This document shows positions 25,861-34,553 of a stretch of DNA of 34,838 nt, in pieces. The translations under genes were made by a program, and so were the position numbers. The notes under the pieces are model-generated. The model did not search any database. It worked only from the letters and a program-made list of their open reading frames with translations, and was not told the DNA's origin. The DNA is from a virus (Duplodnaviria > Heunggongvirae > Uroviricota > Caudoviricetes). The DNA is taken from IMG/VR virus record IMGVR_UViG_3300027804_000053. The stretch is one strand, 5' to 3'. How positions within the stretch are numbered: position 1 is the stretch's first letter; each line of letters starts with the position of its first letter.

Positions 25861-26208
25861 ATGACACAATTATTTTTATGGATGGTTATGACTTATGGAA
25901 TAAGTAACATCCTCGTTTACGGAAGTATTTTTAATAGACCAAGAACTTACATCTTTAATGAAGCCGAACACGGCAAAGGTCTATTTCATGGATTATACGT
26001 ATTTTTAGCGGACATGTTAAAATGTATGATGTGTACACCAACTTGGGTTGGATTTTTCTTCGGAATTTTCTTATATTCTCCTACAAGTGAGATTCTTTTG
26101 GTGACACCTTGGGTTTCTTGGTTTTTCGATGGGATGCTCGCTTCAGGCTCAACATGGGCAATAAACTCAATTATAGAATGGTTTGAAACAAACAGACCAA
26201 AAAATTAA
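25861..26208 (+). CDS. membrane protein, DUF1360-like
   Basis: Several hydrophobic segments and the motif LKCMMCTPTWVG. Confidence 0.55.
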   Translation: MTQLFLWMVMTYGISNILVYGSIFNRPRTYIFNEAEHGKGLFHGLYVFLADMLKCMMCTPTWVGFFFGIFLYSPTSEILLVTPWVSWFFDGMLASGSTWAINSIIEWFETNRPKN

Positions 26209-26213
26209 AAATT

Positions 26214-26414
26214 ATGACAGTAGACGCAGAATTCAAATTGACCATCAAAATCAATGATATGGTCGTATCGAACAACATTTCAGGTTTTGAATTGAAAAAC
26301 AAAATCATGGAAGAAGGTGAAAAGAGGGTAAGACTTCTTTGTTCAGGTTTCCTTCAGGACCCTCAAGGGAAAGTAATCCATAAAGACGTGACTTATGTAA
26401 TTAAAGAAGATTAA
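26214..26414 (+). CDS. hypothetical protein
   Basis: 66-aa ORF in packed operon. Confidence 0.6.
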   Translation: MTVDAEFKLTIKINDMVVSNNISGFELKNKIMEEGEKRVRLLCSGFLQDPQGKVIHKDVTYVIKED

Positions 26415-26415
26415 A

Positions 26416-26616
26416 ATGCCACAAAGTAAAAAAAGAAATGGTGCCAAGGCCCACAGAAAAAAAGTCAGTTCAAGAAACGAGACTATTAAAAAACAACAAG
26501 GTGCAATCCAAAAATTGTTTGAAGAATCTATTAAACTACAAGTAGAGGAGTTAAAGAAAAAAAATGCAGAATCCTCAGGAAATACGGTCTCAGACGAAGG
26601 AGTGGAATCTGTTTAA
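26416..26616 (+). CDS. small basic hypothetical protein
   Basis: 66-aa ORF with K/R-rich N-terminus. Confidence 0.65.
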   Translation: MPQSKKRNGAKAHRKKVSSRNETIKKQQGAIQKLFEESIKLQVEELKKKNAESSGNTVSDEGVESV

Positions 26617-26644
26617 TCCGAAACCAGAATATAATTATAAAAAG

Positions 26645-28975
26645 ATGGCTACAAAGCTGGACATTTCTCAATTAGAAAATCCCAATATTCAAGTCATTTG
26701 GGAAGATACTGCGGAGAACTTTACACAAGAAAGAATCAAGTCAGTCAAACAATACTTCTACAAAAAGTATGGTTCAACTAATGTAAACGTTATCACCAAG
26801 GTTAAAGTAACTGACGATTCACAGCAAACCATCGACGTGTCCATTAACCTTATGGACAAGAACTATCTTAGAGAACTTATTAAAAATCTATTGGAGTCCA
26901 AATCACTTGAGAAATATTACGAACAAGTGATGAATATAGATTTAGCAGTGGAGAACAAAATGACTGCTGAAGAAATTGAAGTATCACCATTCAAAAGGTG
27001 GTATATTAAAAAGATAGAGTTCAGTAACTTTTTATCTTATGGTGAAAATCAAATTTTGGACTTCGAAAAGTGTAATGGAATTTCTGTAGTTGAATCAGAC
27101 CCACCAAACTTCGGAGGAAAAACAGTTCTAACGGTAGACCTTCTACTATTTTTATTTTTTAATACCACAACTAAAACTCAAAAAGCAGAAGAAATATTCA
27201 ATAGATTTACGGACAAAAATAAGGTATCAGTCAGGGGAGAAATTCAAATTGATGGTGAGGAATATATAATTGCTCGTCAGATAGAAAGGAAGAAAGCGAA
27301 GTCTGGTGAATGGAATGTCAAAACAGAGTTAGATTTCTTCAAAAAACTTCCAAACGGAGAATTACAAAATTTCACAGGAGAACAAAGAAGAGAAACTGAG
27401 AACTTCATCAAAAACTCAATTGGAACAATGGATGACTTTTTGATGACTATCTTAACAACGGCATCCAATCTTGAAGACTTACTCGAAGCTAAACCAACAG
27501 CAAGAGGACAAGTTTTATCAAGATTTTTGGGTTTGGAATTTTTGAGAAAGAAAGAAGAGTCTGCAAAAGAAATCTATTCTGATTTTTCAAAATCCATGAT
27601 GTCCAATGTCTATAATACGGAAACCCTTAAACAAAACAACGAAGAACACAAATCAGAGATTGAAACTCTAAACACTGAAATTGAATCTGCACAAAAAAAC
27701 ATAGTCGACGTTGATAATAGATTGCAGAAAGGACAAGAATATAAAGACAACCTTCTCAAGTCCAAGTTCAGTGATTTGGACCAAGAACTTGTCATTTTAA
27801 ACCCAACAAAACTCCAAGAGGATATCTATTCTTTGGAAACTCAACAAAATCAAACACAAAAGAGTATTGATGAGATTGAAATCGTTGAACCAAAAGAGTT
27901 TTATCATGAAGACAAACATGATGAGATTAAAGAGGAAATGAAGAGAGTAAACGGTGAATTAGTTCTTGCTCAGAACAAGGTTGAAGAGATTGAACAACTT
28001 GTTAAAAAGTTCGGGGACGGTATTCAATGTGAACACTGTGGTATCAAATTGATGGAAGCCGCCTTAACCAAGAAAAAAATTGATGAGTTGGGTGATTGGG
28101 AAAAGAAAGTTGATAAGTTATCTAAAGTATGGAAGACCCTTGATTCAAAAGAAAAAACTTACACACAACTTAAAAAAGACTTTGATGAATATGAAAGAAA
28201 AAAGTTGATTAAAGAAAAGTATGAAATCTCTTTGGAATCAATTAAGTTGAAATTAGAACAACAAAAATCAAAATTAAAAAAATACGAAGAGGTTCAAGAT
28301 AAAATAAAGAAAAACAAAGAAATTGAGGCTCAATTAGTCAAGGCTAATCTCAGAATTGATGAATTAATAATTGAGAAGAGAGACTATGAGAGAGTTCAAA
28401 CCTCAAACCAAACTCAAATAAAAAATTTACAAAGTCGGATTGAAAACAATAACGACATCATTTTGAAAATCGCTGAAGAGTTTGAAAAAGAAAAAATATT
28501 CAAAATCTATCTCGATGTGTTTGGGAAAAACGGAATATCCAAAATCATCATGAAAACTATGATGCCAATCATTAATCAAGAACTTCAGTTTCTATTGATG
28601 GACTCTTGTTACTTCAATTTGGAAATCAGAATTAATGATAAAAATGAAGTTGAATTCATTATGATTGACAATTCAACAGGGGTTGAAAAACTAATGACAA
28701 GTGGAAGTGGTTACGAAAAAACAATTGCCGCTCTGGCTCTTAGAGCTGTGTTGACAAAAGTATGTTCTTTACCGAAACCAAATATCATAGCTTTTGATGA
28801 GGTTTTTGGAAAAATATCAAACGACAACTTAGATTTAGTTGGTGAGTTTTTCACCAAATTGAAAAACTATTTCGAGAAAATTTTTGTAATTACCCATAAC
28901 CCGATGGTTAATAATTGGGCAAACAATATCATTAGGATTACAAAGGTTGACAATATTTCAAAAGTTTCACAATAA
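26645..28975 (+). CDS. Rad50/SbcC-like SMC ATPase (start revised to ATG 26645)
   Basis: IEFSNFLSYG, PPNFGGKT (Walker A variant), long coiled coil with CEHC zinc hook, SGSGYEK signature, FDEVFG Walker B, VITH. The revised start avoids overlap with 26416..26616 and follows TAATTATA-N5. Confidence 0.88.
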   Translation: MATKLDISQLENPNIQVIWEDTAENFTQERIKSVKQYFYKKYGSTNVNVITKVKVTDDSQQTIDVSINLMDKNYLRELIKNLLESKSLEKYYEQVMNIDLAVENKMTAEEIEVSPFKRWYIKKIEFSNFLSYGENQILDFEKCNGISVVESDPPNFGGKTVLTVDLLLFLFFNTTTKTQKAEEIFNRFTDKNKVSVRGEIQIDGEEYIIARQIERKKAKSGEWNVKTELDFFKKLPNGELQNFTGEQRRETENFIKNSIGTMDDFLMTILTTASNLEDLLEAKPTARGQVLSRFLGLEFLRKKEESAKEIYSDFSKSMMSNVYNTETLKQNNEEHKSEIETLNTEIESAQKNIVDVDNRLQKGQEYKDNLLKSKFSDLDQELVILNPTKLQEDIYSLETQQNQTQKSIDEIEIVEPKEFYHEDKHDEIKEEMKRVNGELVLAQNKVEEIEQLVKKFGDGIQCEHCGIKLMEAALTKKKIDELGDWEKKVDKLSKVWKTLDSKEKTYTQLKKDFDEYERKKLIKEKYEISLESIKLKLEQQKSKLKKYEEVQDKIKKNKEIEAQLVKANLRIDELIIEKRDYERVQTSNQTQIKNLQSRIENNNDIILKIAEEFEKEKIFKIYLDVFGKNGISKIIMKTMMPIINQELQFLLMDSCYFNLEIRINDKNEVEFIMIDNSTGVEKLMTSGSGYEKTIAALALRAVLTKVCSLPKPNIIAFDEVFGKISNDNLDLVGEFFTKLKNYFEKIFVITHNPMVNNWANNIIRITKVDNISKVSQ

Positions 28976-28991
28976 TTAATTTGCTGAAATT

Positions 28992-29663
28992 ATGGCACGT
29001 ATAAAAGATTATGATTCGTCGAAAAATAAATCTTCAGGAGGTTACTCTAGATTATTTTCGGACTCAGATATGGCTTTACACCATACCGCTGTACACAGCA
29101 CAGTAATTCGTAATGGTAATGAATTACCTATAAAGATGTCCAAACACTATAACGGTAATTTACCCATATTTGGAGGTAAAGAGGTAAATTCGCTCGACAA
29201 AACAAAAAAAATAATTTCGAAAAACCCAAATGGTTGTATCATCATTGGTGGAAAAATAAAAATAAAAAATTCAAACGGTAAGGATAAAGTTTGTGAAGTA
29301 GATTTGTTGATAATTCAAAACCAAAATATCAAAATAATCGAACTCAAAGATGGTAATAATCTTGATACTAAAAAATCTATGGCGGAAATTGATACCATCT
29401 TGAATTGTGCTGAAACCTTAAGAAATGAAGGATACACCACAGTATCTAAATTGATAGCGTTCAACTCGGATGGGGACCACGATATCAAAGATGATAGAAT
29501 AGATGAAGTATTTCAAACAGGTTTTGACTTTTGTACAGAAAATAATTTTGATTTTGACGAAATTAATAACGAAAGGTCAATGGATATCGAAGAAAACGAT
29601 ATAACTGAAAAAGAATATTGTTTGAAAATTGCTCGTAGATACTATCCTGACTTATTCAAATAA
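28992..29663 (+). CDS. putative PD-(D/E)XK (type II restriction-like) endonuclease
   Basis: VCEVDLLII...IIELKDG catalytic-type motif; immediately upstream of a DNA methylase. Confidence 0.5.
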   Translation: MARIKDYDSSKNKSSGGYSRLFSDSDMALHHTAVHSTVIRNGNELPIKMSKHYNGNLPIFGGKEVNSLDKTKKIISKNPNGCIIIGGKIKIKNSNGKDKVCEVDLLIIQNQNIKIIELKDGNNLDTKKSMAEIDTILNCAETLRNEGYTTVSKLIAFNSDGDHDIKDDRIDEVFQTGFDFCTENNFDFDEINNERSMDIEENDITEKEYCLKIARRYYPDLFK

Positions 29664-29682
29664 AAGACTATACTTATAAAAT

Positions 29683-30519
29683 ATGAAGAAAAAAACACTA
29701 AAACCCTTGTGTAAGTGGTCTGGAGGTAAAAGGGATGAAATTAAATTCTTTAAAAAATATTATCCAACTAATTTTGAAAGGTTCCTTGAACCGTTCGCAG
29801 GTGGGGCGGCAGTTTATTTTGATTTGAATTTTAGTGGCTCGAATGTTATAAACGATATACACCCTGAACTTGTTAACTTTTATAGACAAATTTCTTTAGG
29901 TCACGCCAAAGAAATTCATGATATAATTTCAAGGTACGGAACAACTGAAAAAGATTATTATATTGTTAGAGGTGGAGGTAAAAAATTGACTCCTAATGAT
30001 GTTCCATTCAAACCGAAAAATGATATTGAAAAAGCAGCTCAGTTTTTCTATTTAAGAAAAACTTGTTTTAGAGGAATGTTGAGATACAACTCAAAAGGGG
30101 AATTTAATATTCCTTGGGGAAAATACAAAACAGTAAATTTTTCAGAACTACTAAATGAAAATTATGTAAATCTTCTTCAGAGAACAGAAATAATGGAAGG
30201 TGATTACACAAAAGTTTTCGAAAAATTTCCTGGCTCAGAAAATTTTTATTTCATAGACCAACCATATGACTCCGTTTTTAACGATTATGGGTTTGATAAC
30301 TTCGATAGACAAAAACAAATTGAACTGTCCGAAATATTCAAAAATACAGAAAGTAAATGTTTGATGGTTGTTGGGGGTAGTGACTTTATAAGAGAACTTT
30401 ACGATGGTTATATTAAATTCGAATACCCAAAGAAGTACTCTTTCAAAATATATGGGGGAAGAATTGGTGATGAAATCAACCTCAATCATTTAGTAATTAC
30501 AAATTACCCTATAGAATAA
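29683..30519 (+). CDS. Dam/D12-class N6-adenine DNA methyltransferase
   Basis: KWSGGKR, FLEPFAGGAAV, INDIH, FRGMLRYNSKGEFNIPWG, and motif IV as DQPY rather than DPPY. Confidence 0.88.
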   Translation: MKKKTLKPLCKWSGGKRDEIKFFKKYYPTNFERFLEPFAGGAAVYFDLNFSGSNVINDIHPELVNFYRQISLGHAKEIHDIISRYGTTEKDYYIVRGGGKKLTPNDVPFKPKNDIEKAAQFFYLRKTCFRGMLRYNSKGEFNIPWGKYKTVNFSELLNENYVNLLQRTEIMEGDYTKVFEKFPGSENFYFIDQPYDSVFNDYGFDNFDRQKQIELSEIFKNTESKCLMVVGGSDFIRELYDGYIKFEYPKKYSFKIYGGRIGDEINLNHLVITNYPIE

Positions 30520-30543
30520 TTTTTTTACTTGTTTTTAATTTAT

Positions 30544-30551
30544 TATATTTG
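30544..30551 (+). promoter_or_regulatory. Bacteroidota-type -7 element TATATTTG
   Basis: Lies 4 nt upstream of ATG 30556. The same 8-mer occurs at 31561-31568 before 31581. Confidence 0.5.
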
Positions 30552-30555
30552 CTCC

Positions 30556-31047
30556 ATGCAAATATTTTTACCGTATCCAAGTTTTAGACAATCTCTTAAA
30601 GTCTTGGACAATAAAAGATTGGGAAAACAACGAGTTGAAACCTATCAAATAATTTCGGCTATCACAAGAAGACCAAAACTCGATGGAACACCTTACAAAG
30701 GTTGGTTAAATCACCCTTGTACAATAATGTGGAAAGACTATGTACCGGCCCTCAAACTTTATCTGAAAATTTCAATAACAGAATGGGTTGAAAGAGGTTT
30801 CAAAAACACAATGTTCGTGGATGACTTTTCAGAAAAAGATATTATAATTCCACCCTTCATTGGAAACGAAAAATTTCATTCATCTCACAGAGCAAATTTA
30901 TTAAAAAAAGACCCTCTGTTCTATTCTAAATACGGGTGGACAGAAGACCCCTCAGACCCTTATGTTTGGATGGATGCTGAAGGAAAATGGTACGAACAAC
31001 ACTCAGGAAAAAATGGGAGAAAATATTATGAAGAAACTTACGTATAA
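30556..31047 (+). CDS. pyrimidine-dimer DNA glycosylase / endonuclease V family (MSMEG_6728-like); start revised to ATG 30556
   Basis: MQIFLPY...LDNKRLGKQRVET...GWLNHP...MW...HSSHRANLLKKDP. Confidence 0.8.
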   Translation: MQIFLPYPSFRQSLKVLDNKRLGKQRVETYQIISAITRRPKLDGTPYKGWLNHPCTIMWKDYVPALKLYLKISITEWVERGFKNTMFVDDFSEKDIIIPPFIGNEKFHSSHRANLLKKDPLFYSKYGWTEDPSDPYVWMDAEGKWYEQHSGKNGRKYYEETYV

Positions 31048-31558
31048 GAGAAAAGGAGTTGTCCATCAACCTATTAAACATTGGAGAATGAACGATGGGA
31101 CAATCATTGCTATGTACCAAGGAGAAAGGGGTGCTAATCCAGATTTGGATTTTGTGGTTAAATACCTTGCACCCAATAAACGATTGAGGGCTATTTCACA
31201 CACCCACTGGATTGTTGATTTAATCGTAAAATCATTTTCCAACAATATAAATGTAGAAGGGTTCGTGGATGATTGGATTAAGCTTTACGATTCAATAGAA
31301 CCTTTCAAATCGGTCGAAGAGAGAAACAATTACCAACTTTTATACACAGAACAATTTTCTGAAAGTTATGACATTGCTCTCAATCACTATGGTACATATA
31401 AAGTTGACTTTCTTTCTACAATTATAGAGCTCTTTACAAAATGTGAAAAACAAACTCCCAACGCGTTCATGTTCAAAGGTCTTTTACTTCTTATGAAAGA
31501 TTTTTGTGAAGGAAAGAAAGATTTCTATCAAATTATTTCTCATTCAAAAAGAGTTTAA
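31028..31558 (+). CDS. hypothetical protein (start probably ATG 31028)
   Basis: MKKLTYKRKG... gives a short overlap instead of the 86-nt overlap implied by the track. Confidence 0.65.
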   Translation: MKKLTYKRKGVVHQPIKHWRMNDGTIIAMYQGERGANPDLDFVVKYLAPNKRLRAISHTHWIVDLIVKSFSNNINVEGFVDDWIKLYDSIEPFKSVEERNNYQLLYTEQFSESYDIALNHYGTYKVDFLSTIIELFTKCEKQTPNAFMFKGLLLLMKDFCEGKKDFYQIISHSKRV

Positions 31559-31580
31559 CCTATATTTGTAAAAATTAATT

Positions 31581-32093
31581 ATGAAAAAATATTTTTTGAT
31601 TTTGTTTGGAGATTTCGAGTCTGAGGATATATGTAAGAAAGCGGCTTTAGCTTTAACCCCTCTTGTTGACTCCTCACATTTAAAATTTAATCACACTAAA
31701 GGGGCAATAGTTTTCCACTTCGCAACAGAAGTGAGTCAAGAAGAGATGTATGATTATATTATGGTAAGTCTTTTTGACATGGTTTCATCTTTTGTTCTCG
31801 CAGAAAATACTGACAAAGTGTCATTATATTTACCAAAAAAAGTAAGAGAACACTTGTTAGATTTAGACAACGACAGTGATGATGTTGAAATGAAGATTAA
31901 TATTAATCAAACCCGTACCTTCGACGAGTTGGAGAAGGACGATGAGTTTGTGGCACTTCTTTTGGATGAAGTAAAAAAACAAATTAAAACTCCCACCTTG
32001 GACCAACTTTTGGACAAGGTGTTAGAAAAAGGTGTTGAGTCTTTGACCCCATATGAAAAAGACACATTAGATTCTTACTCAAAGAACAAGTAA
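31581..32093 (+). CDS. hypothetical protein with C-terminal DUF6576-like helical motif
   Basis: C-terminus PTLDQLLDKVLEKGVESLTPYEKDTLDSYS. Confidence 0.6.
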   Translation: MKKYFLILFGDFESEDICKKAALALTPLVDSSHLKFNHTKGAIVFHFATEVSQEEMYDYIMVSLFDMVSSFVLAENTDKVSLYLPKKVREHLLDLDNDSDDVEMKININQTRTFDELEKDDEFVALLLDEVKKQIKTPTLDQLLDKVLEKGVESLTPYEKDTLDSYSKNK

Positions 32094-32118
32094 ATATATA
32101 AATCCGTAAACCCACTTT

Positions 32119-32916
32119 ATGAAAGAAAAATCAGTAATCCCTATCAACCAAGAAGAAATTTCGAGTTACCTTAAAGACATTCGTAAAATTACTGTCATGA
32201 CTCCTGAGAGAGAAAGAGAATTGGCAGAGAAAATGCTTAATCCTAATACTTCTAATAAGGAAAAGGATGAAATTAAGAAAGAATTATTGGAAGGAAATCT
32301 CCGATTTGTAATTACTGTTTCTAAACAGTATCAAAATCAAGGGTTAGATTTTCCTGACTTGGTTGCAGAGGGGAATTACGGATTAATGAAGGCAATCGAA
32401 AATTTCGATTGGTCAAAAAAACTAAGATTTATTTCATACGCCGTTTGGTGGGTACGTCAATCCATTCTTCAATCATTGAACGAGAACGCTAGAACCATAC
32501 GTCTTCCTGTAAACGTTGTACAAGAACTCCAAAAAGCAAAAAAAGAATTAGACAAAGCGGGAGTTGAACTCCCTGACAAATTTGTCAATCTTCCTTACAC
32601 TGTAGATTTGGATAGCCCCCTCAATGAGGATGGTGATACACTTATGGATGTCTTGATAAACCCAAATGCAGATGCTGCAGATACTTGTGAATCTACAGAG
32701 CAAACTCTTAAAGATAAACTTTTGTCTATGTTAGATGTCTTGGATGAAAGAGAGAGGGTGATTATTGAAGATTATTTCGGTCTCACAGGTAACACTAGAA
32801 CCCTTGAAGATATTGGTAATGATTTTGATTTAACTAAGGAGAGGGTCCGACAAATTAAGGAGAAAGCCCTTCGAAAACTCCGAAATGAAACTGGAATTCT
32901 ATTTGACTTCCTATAA
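32119..32916 (+). CDS. phage-encoded RNA polymerase sigma-70 factor (RpoD/RpoS-like, Bacteroidota type)
   Basis: NLRFVITVSKQY...DLVAEGNYGLMKA...RFISYAVWWVRQSI...RTIRLPVN (region 2); TLEDIG...LTKERVRQIKEKALRKLR (region 4.2). Confidence 0.92.
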   Translation: MKEKSVIPINQEEISSYLKDIRKITVMTPERERELAEKMLNPNTSNKEKDEIKKELLEGNLRFVITVSKQYQNQGLDFPDLVAEGNYGLMKAIENFDWSKKLRFISYAVWWVRQSILQSLNENARTIRLPVNVVQELQKAKKELDKAGVELPDKFVNLPYTVDLDSPLNEDGDTLMDVLINPNADAADTCESTEQTLKDKLLSMLDVLDERERVIIEDYFGLTGNTRTLEDIGNDFDLTKERVRQIKEKALRKLRNETGILFDFL

Positions 32917-32921
32917 ATTGA

Positions 32922-32954
32922 ATAAAAGGTGTATTTATATGATACACCTTTTAT
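32922..32954. terminator. 13-bp perfect hairpin after the sigma gene
   Basis: ATAAAAGGTGTAT-TTATATG-ATACACCTTTTAT. Confidence 0.65.
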
Positions 32955-32984
32955 ATTTAAAGGATGTATTAAAATTATATTATT

Positions 32985-33269
32985 ATGAAAAAATTTATCG
33001 AAACAAATTTTACCGTAATTGTACTTGTCATTGCCCTTCTCAGTTTTTTCAAAGGTTGTGGAGATTCTCGAGAGATTACAAAAATCAAAAAAGAAATTCA
33101 ATCAATCAAAGATTCAACATACACCAAACGTGAATTGAGTATTGAACTCAGAATTTCTGGATTGGAGGCTGAAAAAAGAATGATTCAGGCTACCGACAGA
33201 AAACTTTTGGATGTTAGAAGACAGACTGAAATTGAAGAAGAGATAAAAAAATTAAACAGTCTTAAATAA
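32985..33269 (+). CDS. membrane-anchored coiled-coil protein (possible spanin-like lysis component)
   Basis: N-terminal hydrophobic helix ending FFKGC, then coiled coil; located upstream of an amidase. Confidence 0.55.
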   Translation: MKKFIETNFTVIVLVIALLSFFKGCGDSREITKIKKEIQSIKDSTYTKRELSIELRISGLEAEKRMIQATDRKLLDVRRQTEIEEEIKKLNSLK

Positions 33270-33949
33270 TGAACTGGTTTCAAAAAAACTTCAAAACCCT
33301 TATATATTTTGCATTTTTGGTGCCAATTATAACGGTTGCGATAGTTTCTATTTCACACGTAACAAAATGGTATGGAATATCAAATCCATTTAGTTGGGCA
33401 ATCTATCTATCTGTAGGTATAGAAATTGCAGCACTTTCTGCTCTTGCAGCGATTGCCGCACAGATGGGTAAGAAAGTTTATTTTCCTTTCATAATTGTAA
33501 CTCTTATACAGTTTATCGGTAACATATTTTTTGCTTATCAATACATTAATATCAATAGTCAGTCTTTCAAAGATTGGGTTGATATGGTTGACCCGATAGT
33601 AAGTTTTATGGGAGTTGAGTCAGGAGATTTTGTAGGTCACAAAAGATTTTTGGCATTATTTGCCGGTGGAATGCTTCCTATAATTTCCCTTTCATTCTTA
33701 CACATGTTAGTTAAATTTGAAGAAGAGGGAAAAAAAGATAAAACCCTTGAGATTAATATTGAGGAACTAAGTAGAAAAGCAGGAAAAATGGAAGCTGAGA
33801 TTGAAGAAGAAAGATATGTTCCATCAGAAGGAGACTTACAAAAACTAAACGAAGAACTTAATAAAATTCAACAGTTTCAAGAAATTGAACCTGAGGAAGT
33901 TAGAAATAAAAGAAGATTGAGTTATTTAAAAAGGGATGCTCAAACTTGA
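33269..33949 (+). CDS. multi-pass membrane protein (possible holin-like)
   Basis: About four hydrophobic helices and a charged C-terminal tail; adjacent to the amidase. Confidence 0.55.
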   Translation: MNWFQKNFKTLIYFAFLVPIITVAIVSISHVTKWYGISNPFSWAIYLSVGIEIAALSALAAIAAQMGKKVYFPFIIVTLIQFIGNIFFAYQYININSQSFKDWVDMVDPIVSFMGVESGDFVGHKRFLALFAGGMLPIISLSFLHMLVKFEEEGKKDKTLEINIEELSRKAGKMEAEIEEERYVPSEGDLQKLNEELNKIQQFQEIEPEEVRNKRRLSYLKRDAQT

Positions 33950-34553
33950 GAAATACGGAAATTTTAAGTCTTTAGGTAAACACAAAGATAAGACACAAAT
34001 AATTCTTTGTCATACATCAAGGGAGGTGGGGGATTATCTCACCTCCCTTAAATTTAGATACAATGGTAGGTATGATAAGATACCAAATTTTGTGCTTACA
34101 AACAAAGGTGAGATAATACAACTTTTGGACGTCCATGGATACTCTAATTACATCGGGGACGATGTAATGAATAAAAAATCTGTAACCATCGTTTTGGAGA
34201 ATTTAGGTTGGTTGGAGAAGAAACCCCTTACTGACTATTATATTAACTGGAATGCGAGTATTTATAAGGGTAAGGTTTTCGAGAAAAAGTGGAGAGATTA
34301 CTTTTTTTGGGAACCATATAGGGAAGAACAAATTTTGAGTTTGGGTCAACTTTGTTCGGACTTATGTGAGGACCTACGAATACCTAAAACTTGTGTCGGA
34401 CACAATACGAGAGTGGAGGGAATGACAAAGTTTGAAGGTATATGTTCAAGAAGTAATTACGACACAAGGTTTACAGACCTAAGTCCCTCATTCGATTTCG
34501 AAACTTTAATTAAAAAAATTGAAAATGAACAATATACACAACGAGAGATATGA
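33936..34553 (+). CDS. N-acetylmuramoyl-L-alanine amidase (Amidase_2-like), putative endolysin
   Basis: IILCHTS, NFVLTNKGEIIQLL, SVTIVLEN, EEQILSLGQLC, VGHN, TDLSP. Confidence 0.7.
   Translation: MLKLEKYGNFKSLGKHKDKTQIILCHTSREVGDYLTSLKFRYNGRYDKIPNFVLTNKGEIIQLLDVHGYSNYIGDDVMNKKSVTIVLENLGWLEKKPLTDYYINWNASIYKGKVFEKKWRDYFFWEPYREEQILSLGQLCSDLCEDLRIPKTCVGHNTRVEGMTKFEGICSRSNYDTRFTDLSPSFDFETLIKKIENEQYTQREI

Noticed and set aside
29683-30519. GATATC (EcoRV-like) avoidance as a clue to the methylase target
   Set aside because: GATATC is present several times (e.g. near 14703, 17035, 20693, 29481), so there is no depletion signal.
4482-34553. Short opposite-strand or out-of-frame ORFs nested in long genes (e.g. 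5699..5950, 8844..9215, 11871..12137, 13358..13699, 24289..24666, 32772..33101)
   Set aside because: They overlap well-supported genes, show antisense or low-complexity composition and have no recognisable motifs.
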